Assembly (NCBI GenBank): GCA_000388065.2
Contig: KB932205.1
Source: Fonticula alba ATCC 38817
Lineage: Eukaryota; Protista; Nucleariida
Length of the DNA: 64,000 bases
Direction: 5' to 3' (one strand)
In this document: one piece after another, positions 53,470 through 64,000 of the stretch
How positions within the stretch are numbered: the first letter of the stretch is position 1
Layout of the letters: every line of letters starts with the position of its first letter
Program-made: the position numbers and the translations under genes
The notes under the pieces: model-generated
Told to the model about the DNA's origin: nothing
Seen by the model: only the letters and a program-made list of their open reading frames with translations
Databases searched by the model: none

Positions 53470-53646
53470 CGCGCGCGAGAGCGCAACGCGCCGCACAACA
53501 CAGCGAAGGGAAGAGAGGGCGAGCGATGCCGGCGCACACGCAACCGGGCAGGTGTGTGTGTGTGTGTGTATGCACAAAAACGAGGGGAGGAGGGAGGGAA
53601 AAAAAGGGAGGGGGGTGAACCGGCATAATGCCGGGTGGCCGCGCCA

Positions 53647-56600
53647 TCAGTCGGCCTTGCCACCGAAGCGCGAGGCATAGTACTGGTGCTGCGAGGGGGG
53701 CGACAGCGGCCCACCGCCACCGCCGCCGCCACTCGGGACAGGACCCCCCCCACCGGCCCAGCTGGTGCCGGACCGCCGGGCCAGGGACGCCCGGCGGAGC
53801 TCCTGCTGCTGGGCCTGCGCGGCGGCGGCCTCGAATTGCGCCAGGATGGAGGCCGTCGAGCTGGACCGGCGGTCGATGAGCGAGTGTGCGCCACCGCCAC
53901 CGGAGGCAGAAGAGTGAGACTGGTGGCCCTCGGACGAGGCGCCGGCTTCGGCCCCGCTGCCGGCCACCGGCCCCGAGGGGGGCCCAAGGAAGTCGCTGGT
54001 GCTGAGGGCCGACGTGCCGAGCATCCCGGCCGATGCCCGGGGCGAGGATGAGCCCCAACGCCGCGAGCCAGCGGGGGAGGTGGTGAACCCGCCATCGCCC
54101 GACGGAGGCCGGCCCATGCCATGGCCGATGCCCGCGCCGGGGGCCGATGTCTGCTGCAAGTAATCGGTCCCGAGGAACTGCAGCCCATGGCTGGAGACCC
54201 GGCGTCCGGGGGGAATGTGCGACGAGGAGGAGGAGGAGGACTGGAAGTGCAGGCCGGACACGCGGTTGCTCGAGGGAGCCGACGGCCCGGAAGCCGCGGT
54301 CATGGCCGACAGCGACTCGAACATGGCGCGCAGGGTTTGCGGCCGGGCCCCGGTCGAGGTGTCGATGCTGGAGCGCAAGTGCGAGGAGGAGGACGCCCGG
54401 GGGCTGGTGGCCGCCGGGGCCGAATCCATGGCCGGGGCCGGGGCCGGGGCCGGGGCCAGGGCCGGGGCCGGGGCCGGGGCCGCGGTGGTGACGGTGGGCC
54501 GGGCCACATGCTCGCGGGCGGCCCCGCGCGGCTGCCGAGCCATGGAAGCCTGGCGCGTGCGCATCTCCGACGGGATGAAGGGCGGCATGGCGGCCGCCGG
54601 GGGGCCGGCCACGGCGGCGGTCCCCGCGGCATCCGGCGGCGCGATGGCGGTCGAAGGGGTGCCCGGCAGGGGCGGGAGCTTGCCCTTGCGCCCGGGTGGT
54701 GTCGGGGGAGGCAGGGTGGACTCCGGCCGCGGGGCAGGCGGAGGCGGGGCCGTGTCGCGACCCGGCGCCGTGGATGCCCGCGCCGACAACGGCGCCGGCG
54801 GCAGAGGGAAGAAGGCGGCATCCCCCGGGGAGCGGCCATCGGCACTGGACCCGGGCGAAAGGCTGCCAGTGCGCGCGTGCACCGGCTCCAGGACCAGCGG
54901 CGGCGGGGGGAAGGCCGTTCCCGAGAGGGTGTTGGACCCGCCACCGCGGGCCGGAGACCCGGGCATCAGGGGCTTCGGCGGGGGGGACAGCATGGCCGCC
55001 CCGCCGGTCGGGGCGGAGGAAGTCGGCGCGAGGATTTGCGCGCGGAGGGCCGCCGGCGGCAGGGGCGGCGGCGGGAACAAGGACGTGGCCGGGCCGGAGC
55101 CAGGGCCGGCGCCGGTGCCGGCCAGCGGCACCGGTGGCGGGGCAAAGTCCCCGAAGGCCACGCTGGCGATGGCGGTGGCCGCGTGCGAGGTCGAGGGGGC
55201 CCGGCGGACGCGCGGCGGCAGCGGCGGGGCCGGGGTGCCCGGGGTGCCGGGAGCGCATGACGAGGAGGAGGATGGCGGGGGGGAGGTCGGCCCGCCGCGG
55301 CTGTGGGGGATCGGGTGCACCAGCGACGAGGGGACACCACGCAGGTCGAGCGACGAAATGGGAGCCGGGGCCGGGGGGAGCACGAACCCGGAGAAGGACC
55401 CGGCCACCTGGCCGGTCGGAAGGTAGGGCGACATGGAGAGGGGCGGCGGGGGGGATGAGGCAAGGGGGCTGCTGTCGCCGCTGCCCTCGCCGATGGCGGT
55501 GGTCGGCGACCCGGGGGTCGACGAAGACCCCCCCGGCGAGGAGAGCCCCGCCCCGGCGGCCAGGGCATTGAAGTCCACCTTGGAAAAGTCCAGCCCCTGC
55601 AGAGGGCCGAAGCGACTGAGGCGCCGGCTGAGCCGGCGCCGGGCGGCATCCTCGCGCATCTGGACCACGCGCTGCTGCTCCAGGGCCGCGGCCGCCTGCG
55701 CCGCCACCAGGGCCTCATCGATGGACGACACCAGGGCATCGAGCGCCTGGCCGGTGGCCGCCTCCAGGGAGGAGGACGAGCGGCCCTGCTGGGCCAGGCG
55801 TGCGGCCGCCGCCGCGACGACGATGTCCTCCGGGCGCATTTCCCCGGGCGGAGTGGTCACACCGGTGGACGCGATCAACGTCGGAGACGAGGCGTACATG
55901 GCGCTCCCGGGGCCGGAAGACCCGCCGGACAGCGAAGAAAGCGACGATGTCGACACCAGCGACCCGCAGGACGACAGCCCGGGCGGGCTGGCAAAGGCAC
56001 TGCCCCCCCCGTGGTGGCCGAGCACCGGCGACCCGGGTGACGAGCCGACCGGCGAGGCCAGCATGGTGGCCCCGTCGAAGCCGCCACCGGTGGCGGCCGT
56101 GCTGCGCCGCGCCGACGGGGCCTTCGGCGGGAGGCCGAGATCCAACGCCGGAAGCCCGGACTCCGAGGGGTTCACCACATGATGCTGCGAAAGCCCGGAC
56201 GCGAAGGAGGTCGAGTGGGGCAGGCGCGAGGAGCGGCTCATGCTACTACGCGCCGAGGAGGGCGGCGACGGGGTCGGCGCATCGTCCTCCAGGTACAGGT
56301 GCCGAGCGCCCACCGGGCCGGGGCTCTGGAAGGGAGTCGAGGTGCCGGTGCCCGGGCCACCGGGGCCGGGCTGGCCGGCAGGCTCCGGGTCCATGGCCAA
56401 GTGACTGTTGGAGCCGAGGGCCGCCGCGGCGGCGGTGACCACGGCCGCCGAGGCGGCAGCCGCCGCCGCCGCCGCGTCCGCTCGCTCGCGCTGCAAATCG
56501 GAAAGGGTCATGGCGCGTGGCCGGGCGCCGAGATCCGGGGCCGTGTTGACGGTGGCTGCCCGCGAGCGGCCGCCCGCGGCGGCGGCGGCGGCGGCGGCGG

Positions 56601-56892
56601 CCGTCCCGCCGGCCGACCGGTTGGCCGACAGGAAGAGATTCGAGTCGGAGCTGAGGACATGCGCCGGCGGGCCGCCCGGGGGCAAGGGCCCGGGACCGGC
56701 CGCCGGCCCCGGGGGGAAGGGCTTGAGCGGCCGAGAGGTCGAGGGGGTCGCCGCCCCGGGGACCGGCGCGTAGATCAGGTCGTCGAGGTGCTCAATGGCG
56801 TGGGTGATTTCCTCGGCCAGGGCGTCCAGGAGGGCCAGGGCCGGACTGCCCCCCGGAGGCGGGGCCGAAGCCGGGCCAGCCGCGTGCATCAT
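53647..56892 (-). CDS. Large Pro/Ser/Ala-rich, probably disordered hypothetical protein (~1080 aa), single exon
   Basis: Uninterrupted ORF 53647-56922 with coding-like codon usage, likely starting at MMHAAGP (56892). Short helical segments (LLDALAEEITHAIEHLDDLIY; ALDALVSSIDEAL..QQRVVQMREDAARRRLSRR) and polyproline motifs. Confidence 0.75.
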   Translation of the reverse strand: MMHAAGPASAPPPGGSPALALLDALAEEITHAIEHLDDLIYAPVPGAATPSTSRPLKPFPPGPAAGPGPLPPGGPPAHVLSSDSNLFLSANRSAGGTAAAAAAAAAGGRSRAATVNTAPDLGARPRAMTLSDLQRERADAAAAAAAASAAVVTAAAAALGSNSHLAMDPEPAGQPGPGGPGTGTSTPFQSPGPVGARHLYLEDDAPTPSPPSSARSSMSRSSRLPHSTSFASGLSQHHVVNPSESGLPALDLGLPPKAPSARRSTAATGGGFDGATMLASPVGSSPGSPVLGHHGGGSAFASPPGLSSCGSLVSTSSLSSLSGGSSGPGSAMYASSPTLIASTGVTTPPGEMRPEDIVVAAAAARLAQQGRSSSSLEAATGQALDALVSSIDEALVAAQAAAALEQQRVVQMREDAARRRLSRRLSRFGPLQGLDFSKVDFNALAAGAGLSSPGGSSSTPGSPTTAIGEGSGDSSPLASSPPPPLSMSPYLPTGQVAGSFSGFVLPPAPAPISSLDLRGVPSSLVHPIPHSRGGPTSPPPSSSSSCAPGTPGTPAPPLPPRVRRAPSTSHAATAIASVAFGDFAPPPVPLAGTGAGPGSGPATSLFPPPPLPPAALRAQILAPTSSAPTGGAAMLSPPPKPLMPGSPARGGGSNTLSGTAFPPPPLVLEPVHARTGSLSPGSSADGRSPGDAAFFPLPPAPLSARASTAPGRDTAPPPPAPRPESTLPPPTPPGRKGKLPPLPGTPSTAIAPPDAAGTAAVAGPPAAAMPPFIPSEMRTRQASMARQPRGAAREHVARPTVTTAAPAPAPALAPAPAPAPAMDSAPAATSPRASSSSHLRSSIDTSTGARPQTLRAMFESLSAMTAASGPSAPSSNRVSGLHFQSSSSSSSHIPPGRRVSSHGLQFLGTDYLQQTSAPGAGIGHGMGRPPSGDGGFTTSPAGSRRWGSSSPRASAGMLGTSALSTSDFLGPPSGPVAGSGAEAGASSEGHQSHSSASGGGGAHSLIDRRSSSTASILAQFEAAAAQAQQQELRRASLARRSGTSWAGGGGPVPSGGGGGGGPLSPPSQHQYYASRFGGKAD

Positions 56893-58187
56893 GCTACATG
56901 CATATCGAGGTGAGTGGACCACGGAAGGATGGCGTGGATGGGGGGCAGGGCGGGGGGCAGGGGGCGGGGAAGGAAACTAAGGAGGCGCACCTGGCCGAGA
57001 CCGGGCAGCCAAACTGCGAGGGAGGGGCGACGGGGAAGGAAAAAAAGCGAGGGAGGTGGGGGGGGGGCGGAAAGGCAGACGAGCCAGCGGGCGAGAGGGG
57101 AAAGGGGAAGATGGGAATAACAGCGTGGGCAAGCGATCGAACCCCGGGACGGCTTGACTTGGACCCCCCACCCGCGCTGCATGAGAAACGTAAATAAAGA
57201 CACAAATAGACAGCGAGCGAACGATAGGAAGAGAAAGAACGGGGGGGAGAGAGAGAGAGAGAGAGAGAGAGTGGGAGTGCCCCGCAAATGCGCGAGCCAG
57301 CAATCAGGGGGCGACGGCCGAGGAACGTCGCCCCCCCCCCCCCCCCCCCCCCCCCGGGCGGGCAACGGGCGTCCGTGCTTTCCGCGGGTGCCAAATCCAC
57401 CCGCGCTGACGCCAGTGAAAACCGTGCTGAGGGGCCTGGCGGTCGGGACACAGAACCTGACACATCATCCGGGGGAGGGGCCCCGGGCACGAGCCCCGGC
57501 CGCCGGTGTGAAGGGGGCGACGGCCGAGGCGGGCAGGGCACCCTGGAGAAACACCCGCCGGCCGGCGGGCTCCCGGACAAATGAGAGACGCATAGGGGCG
57601 CCCAAATGAGCTTGCCCTTGCCGGACCGGGGGGAGGGGCGAAAAATATATTACGAGTGCGAACGAAACCGCCCAGCCCCGTTTGGGCACGCATGTGCTCC
57701 AACCGGGCCGGATACAGCCGCAAGGACATTAATGTGGCAAAAAATAAGGAGAGAAAGTGACCGGGGAGCCCACCACGGAAGACGGGGCACGGCCGTCGGG
57801 CCTGTGGACAAGCTTTGCTCCGCCCATCCGGCTGGCCGAGGGCATTTCCGGGGGGGGGGGGCACCCCCGCCCTGCGGCTTGACTCTCCTCCCATCGTGAG
57901 GAGTCCCCGGCCGCCGGTAGCCGGCATCCTGCCCCAGGGGGGCGCCCGGCCGGGCGTACACACCCAACCGCCATGAGCCGGAAGAGGGGGCGGCCAACGG
58001 TGGAATGCACGCCGGGAGGGCCGCTCTGCCCCGGGCCACACCGGGCCCGGCAATGAACCCGGTGGCAGCCTGACCCTCGGCCAGCGGGGCAGCAGCCAGG
58101 GTGGGAGGGGGGGGCGGGGCGGGCCTGGTGGACCTTTGGTTGTGGGGAGGCACATACGCCGGTGCACCCCTGCGGAATGCCTGCTCT

Positions 58188-58386
58188 CCCCCCCCCCCCC
58201 CCCCCCCCCGGGCCCCCCCCCCCCCCCCCCCGCCCCCCCCGGGGGGGGGCCGGCGGCGGGCCCCCCCCGCCCCCGCCCCCCGGCCGGCCCCCGCGCGGCG
58301 GGCCCCTCTTGCCGTTGGTGTGGGCCCCCCCGCGGGCGCGGCGGGGGTGCCCCGCCGGGGGCCGCCGGGGGGGGCGGGGGGGGGGG

Positions 58387-58438
<52 letters not shown>

Positions 58439-58515
58439 GGGGGGCCTTTTGGTGGGGGGGGGGCCCAACCCCGGGGCCCCCCCGGGGGAAGCCCCCCCCC
58501 CCCCCCCCCCCCCCC
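58188..58515. repeat. Poly-C/poly-G low-complexity tract (probably low-quality sequence)
   Basis: Almost exclusively C and G homopolymer runs, including a G run of roughly 50 nt. Confidence 0.8.
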
Positions 58516-59735
58516 TGCCCCGGGGCCGCTTGCACGCGCCCGTGTACGTTCGCGGTGTGGGCCTGCGGCGGTCCCCCGCCGGCCTCGGCTCCGGGCCGGC
58601 CCCAAGTGCGTTGGCACCTTGTGCATTGTTGTGACTGCCCCGCGGCCGGCGGCAGGGATGCCAGCCGCAGGCCGCCGGCGTGGAAGGCAAGGTTAAGAGC
58701 CATGGGGGTCGTGGGGGTGAGAAGCGCGGCACAGAGGTGGCCGCATGTGCGAGCATGCGAGCGTGCGTGCGAGCGAGCGGAGCGTACATGCGTGTATGTG
58801 GGTGTGAGGGGCCGCGCAATGCGTGGACGTCGCGGGTTGGCGTCGGTCCTCTGGCGGACCGAGGAGAAGGGGGTCACCCTTGAGATCTGGCGGACAAGGG
58901 GGCACGCCGGATTATCGCCGGGTGCCTTGCCTTTTTCACGCACCCACAACAATGCCCCTGGGGCCTGGGATTCGGCCGCCGGCGTACGTACCTCCCCGCG
59001 CGCCGCCACTGTCTTTCCCCCTTGATGGGTATGCCGCGACCCGGGGGCGCCGCGTGTACACCGGCGCCCAGCGTGCCAGGAAAACGGGTGTGCACACCCC
59101 CTTGTGCCGAGATGCCCCCCCCCCCCCACCCGAGGAAGCGGCACGCCGGGGCGGCACATTCTCTTTGGTGCGAGGCCCGTCTCGGCTGGGCTCCGCCCCC
59201 GGTCTGGCCCGCCCCCAAGCATGGCGTGAAAAATGGACGGCCCTGTGCTCCATCCCGGCGAGCTCGTATCGTGGCGGGCCTTGCCCAGACGCGGCACGGC
59301 GGCATTTCGGCCAGGGGCGATTCCGGGGGTGCCCCAGAAGAATGGGCGCCATACACGGGGAAGCCCCGGCCCACGCAGGCGCCGCGTCTTCTTCCTTCCT
59401 TCATGCACAGCCCCCTGGCGAGGGCAGTGCGCCGTGCACCCACCCACCCACACCCACACACACACACACACACACGGGCAGACACACATGAATACACGTG
59501 TCGGAGTCGGAGATGAGGTTGTTGGTGTATTGTCTTTCCTGCTGTCTTTTGGGCGCAAGAAGCGCGGAGGGCGCCCCAAAAAGGAAGAAGAGGAGGGAGC
59601 AATCGGGGCAAAGTACACGAGGCAGAGAGCCAAGCCAGGGAGGCAGCACATGCCCGCCTCGTGGGCCCCCGCCCGTCGCTTCGGGAATCGGGGCGGGCAC
59701 GAGGCAGGCCAGGGCCACTGCTCCTGGCCGCCCCC

Positions 59736-62700
59736 CTACCGATGCGCGGTGCCATGTCCTCTCCCTCCCCCCGGGGGAGTGCCGCCGAGGGGGATCGACG
59801 AATCGGACAGCGCCCGCCCGGTGGAAGCAAAGCCATGGCGAAGGCGCTCAAGCGGCAGTGGCGCCGCCGGGCTGGTGGCAGTCGAATCGTGCGGCGCATA
59901 GCCCCCCCCGGCATCGGCCAGTGGGCCCGGGGAGAAGTGGTCTTGCCCCGGGGTGGAGGAGGAGCCACCGGACGCCGGCAGGGAGGAATATGTCCCCGAG
60001 GCGACCCCGCCGTCGGCCGATTCGGCGTAGTGACGTGTGCCGGCGCCCCCGCCACCATCTGTCGGGGGCAGGGCCTGGTGCTCGTCGCCATGGTAGTCGG
60101 CAAAGTGCACCGACTGCTGCGCCGGGGAGAACCGGTGCGAGGGGGCATGCTGGGCACGCGGCGCGTGGTAGGCGCCATGGCGCGAGTGCGCCGAGGGGTG
60201 CGGCTGCGCATGATGCCCATGCGCATGGTGCACATGCGTCGAGTGATGCGTCAAATGGTGTGCCTGGGCAAAGCCCTCATGGTGATGGAAGTGTCCCCCG
60301 TCAAGGTGTGGTGGCTGTTGCTGGTGCGGCGGCGGCGGTGCCGAGCCGGCCACCGGAGGCGAGGAGGATGTCGAGGGGGAGGGAAGGGATGAGCCGCCAA
60401 CCGGCGCCGGCACCGGTGAGGTCGATCGCGATGTCGGCTCCGATGAGCAGGCGGAATCATGCAGCGCCAGCCCCGTCGCGGTCATCTGGGTGAGCTGGTT
60501 CATGTTGACCGGTGGCACGACCGGGCTGGGTGCCGCCGGCCGGCGCACAGCAGGCGCGTACATCATGGCCGGCCGAAGGGGAGCCGCCGGGTTCGAGGGA
60601 CAGTACTTGACCCCGCAATCGCCGGGCAGCATGGCCGGGTCGATCGGAATCGCTGTCGAAGACGAGCCAGCTGCTCCGAGACCGGCGCTCGAATCTGTAT
60701 GGGGAGTTTTGGCGGCCAATGCCACCAGCGCCTCTCGGAGCTTGGCGATCTCGCTGAAGAAACCATGGACGTGGGAGGGAGAGAGAGGGAGAGGGAGAGA
60801 AAGAGAGAGAGAAAGAGAGAGAGAAAGAGAGAGAAGGACATATCCACCAGGCAGATAACATGGGTAAATCGCCAGATGTCAGCACTTTCCTGTGAACTCA
60901 CCGGCACCGGGAGGCAGAGGCAGCAAAAGACGCATGATGAAAGAGGCAGGATGCAGGAGACAGCGGATGCACGCACGTCTCCTTGATGAGAACCTGGTCG
61001 ACCAGTTCGCTGTGCGACATTTGGGACAGGAGATCCCGGCCAAGAGGGGGGAGGACATCAGCCCGAGCTTTGCCGTAGACGGCCGAGCGGCAGGCCCGGC
61101 AGTCAAGCCGCGCGCGGGTCCGCTCGCGATCCTCATTCTCGGCGATGTACACGGTGGCCGAGTGCAAAATCTGCGCCTTGCTGACGGTCTTCTTGTCACG
61201 GGTCTCGGGGATCTGGGCTGAGGTCAGCTAATGCCGAGCGAGGCAGGGCCATGGGGCAGGGGAAAGGGCCCAAGAGGCTGGCCGGTGTACATACCGCGAG
61301 ACGCAAATCCAAAAAGGCTTGTTTGATGTGGTTCCGACGCTTTTGCTCGGCATTCTGGTGGGCAAAGCGCCGCCGAGCATCGGGATCGCTGTGGGAGCGG
61401 GCGCATGAAGATACGGCACACAAAAAGGACAGAAGGGGAGAGGTGGGCACAAGGGAGGTTAGCCGGATGGAGACCCACCAGGCAGGGCAAATGCCAGGCT
61501 GATGCGCAGGCGACAGGGGAAGGCATGGGCGACGCACGCAATTTCCAGGAGACGGATTTCATCTGGCACATCGAATGGAGGAGGTAGCGGGAGGAGGAGC
61601 AGCAGGATGTGTGAGGGCAGATTCCCAGGAGGCGGACCAGGGCAGAACAGCAACCAGCGGCAAAAGGAGGAAGAAAAAGCAGCATCCCCCCCCCCCCCCC
61701 CCCCGGGGGACACAAACATCCGTTGTCTGGCGACGCACCCTCCTCCAGGGGCTCATTGCGCCGGCGCTTCTCGGCCAAATACCCGGGAATGCCGTGCTCC
61801 TTGTAACTGGAGGCCGGGTCCAGGTCCAGATCAAAGTCCGGCACGGGGTCGGTCATGGCCGTGGGGACTGACACGGCGGCCGAGGAGGAGGCCCGGGCGC
61901 CGCCCTCGGGCGAGGAGGCTCGCGACCGCCGGGTTTTGCGGGGCCGGACAGACGGGTCCACGGCCACCGGGGCGGGCGGGGTGGATCCCGGCGACAGGGA
62001 CACCGGCGAGGGCGTGTGGCTGAGGATGGTCACCGAGCGAGGAGCTACAGCACCGGGGCCGGGGGAGTGGGGGAGGGATCGGCGAATGAGTATCCGGCGG
62101 GGCAGGGAGGAGGAAGAGGAGGAGGAGGAGAGGGTGACACTGGCAAGGAGAGGCCGGCCGACGACAGACGGAGAGCCCAGACAGCTGGGAGGAGGGGGGA
62201 CAAAAACGCACGGATGGGGAGGCTGCGCGGGGCGGAGCGAGCAGCGGCCCCCTCGGGGGAGGATTGCATCTGAGTGTCCTCGGAGGCCTCCTCCTCGTCA
62301 TCCTCGTCGATCGACGCGGCCGTGAGGTCGGCGGCTCCGGCGGCGATGTTGGCATCGCCCGCATCGGCGCCGAACTCCAGCTGGCCATCCTTGTTGAAGA
62401 AGATCGAGGCCGAGGGCTCGAGGGCATCGGTGTTCGAGTGGAGACTGAGGCCGGGGTCGACGGTGGCCGGCTCGACGCCGCGTGCGGCAGCGGCGCCGCT
62501 GGCGGCCGCCGCGCGGTTGGCATGCGCAAAGGCCGGGATCCCGGTGCCGCCGCTGGCCAGCAGCATGCCGGTGTTGGGAGTGGCCCGGTCCGCCGGGAAG
62601 GGGGCGGCATCCGAGTGCAATGACGCCGCCGGCATGTCGGACAGGGAGATGTTCTGGTTGACGAACGATGACAGGGCACCGGAGGAGGAGCTGACAATGC

Positions 62701-63698
62701 CCGAATGGAAAGACAGCCCCCCGGCTCCCGGGGCCTGGGAATGGTGGAGATGGTGGTGGTGCTCGGCCCCGGGGCCGATGGCCAGCGAAGTCAACGAGGG
62801 AGAGGGAGCCACCAGGGCGGCGCCGGCCGCAGTCCCGGGGGTCAGATGGAAGTTCAAGTGCGCCAGCGAAGGCCCGGAGCCCGGGCCGAGGGAGATGGCG
62901 TCATTGTCGGCGGCTCCGGGCTGGCGGTCTGCCGAGGGGGCGCCATTGCCGGGGGGGATGATGGTGGAGGTGGCCGCGGAGGAGGCAGCATCACCGCCCA
63001 GTGACTCCGGGGCCCCGAGGGCCGAAGCCGCCGTGCCAGCCGAGGCGGGGCGTCCCGCTCGCGACCATGATTCCGGCGTCGGGATGGGCAGGACCATGGA
63101 GCTGCCGACCGGCTGGATGCCAAGATCCAGGGAGGGGGAGTGCTCGGATGCGTCGTGCCCGGTGCCGGTGGCGCCAGCACCTGCTCGCAGGGGCGACTGC
63201 CCGGACGGGGCATTGAGAGACCCCTGGACAAAGGCGAAGGAGAGATCTACGCCAGTGGGGCTGGGTGCATACTCAGCTGGAGGGGGGGAGGCGGGGGGGG
63301 NNNNNNNNNNNNNNNNNNNNNNNNNNNNNNNNNNNNNNNNNNNNNNNNNNNNNNNNNNNNNNNNNNNNNNNNNNNNNNNNNNNNNNNNNNNNNNNNNNNN
63401 NNNNNNNNNNNNNNNNNNNNNNNNNNNNNNNNNNNNNNNNNNNNNNNNNNNNNNNNNNNNNNNNNNNNNNNNNNNNNNNNNNNNNNNAAGAGGGGGGGGG
63501 GCTGGAGAGAGAGAGAGAGAGGGAGAGAGAGAGAGAGAGACACGCACATTCGCGATAGGAGCCGAAGAAAGAGGCGAGATTGTTGGAACTCGATGAAAGG
63601 ACGATGAACTGATGTTCCTCGTCGAGGCCGTGCTCCTCCATCAAGAGGGCGTCGGTCTCGGTGAAGTTGGCCCAGGTGGAGGAATGCGCCATCACCAT
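59736..63698 (-). CDS. bHLH(-ZIP) transcription factor, Max/Mlx/Myc-superfamily-like, multi-exon
   Basis: Exon 61388-61295 RRRFAHQNAEQKRRNHIKQAFLDLRLA splices to an exon from 61212 IPETRDKKTVSKAQILHSATVYI. A later exon supplies a coiled coil (ELVDQVLIKET-EIAKLREALVALA), followed by a His/Pro-rich tail ending at 59736. The N-terminus MVMAHSSTWANF is at 63698, with a gap at 63301-63487. Confidence 0.82.
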
Positions 63699-64000
63699 GG
63701 GGAACGGGGGGAGGGGGGAGAGGTGTAGGAATTGGGGAAGGTCCACTCGGCAGGGCGGATCTCGTTCGCTAGGAGGTGCAGGGACACAAGGGCCAGGGAA
63801 GGGAGGCGAGCTCGTGCGTGCGTGCGTGTGTCTATGTCTGTGTGTATGCGCGTGTGTGTGTGTGTGCGTGTGGTACACAGTCGGTGTCAGAGGGAACGAG
63901 AGTCGCCGGGTGCCGGAAGTCGACGCTCGGGCATTGGGGCTCCTTGGAGGAGTCGGATGCCGGGAGGGGAGGAGGGCAGTCGAGGGCTGGAGGGGGGGGG

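Noticed and set aside
57650-59651. Pro/Gly-rich ORFs across the poly-G/C tract (formin-like appearance)
   Set aside because: Polyproline and polyglycine arise in all frames from homopolymer runs, and there is no flanking FH2 or other domain.

Overview
GC-rich (~70%), intron-containing eukaryotic genomic DNA. Donors are GTACGT/GTGCGT/GTATGT, branch points CTAAC/CTGAC, and introns are short and full of C-runs and microsatellites. Gene style and content suggest a unicellular opisthokont such as Fonticula alba (inference, not verified). About 14 protein-coding genes can be reconstructed by hand-splicing: TIM10, an orphan, RUVBL1, neutral ceramidase, a polyQ protein, ALAD/HEM2, KTI12, a 93-aa orphan, a greatly expanded FANCI-like gene, a UBE3B/C-like HECT ligase, WASH1, Flightless-I, a 1.1-kaa Pro/Ser-rich protein and a Max/Mlx-like bHLH factor. 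No rRNA, tRNA, CRISPR or transposon could be supported. The assembly has N-gaps and at least three local duplications whose junctions are Illumina adapter sequence. The most interesting signals are two S/TQ clusters in the FANCI-like protein (one generated by a 12-bp tandem repeat), a same-strand run of actin-related genes (WASH1, Flightless-I, an FPPPP-motif protein), a Max-like bHLH, and an unexplained ~4-kb region at 11.1-15.4 kb. I did not find convincing evidence of a wholly new multi-gene system.
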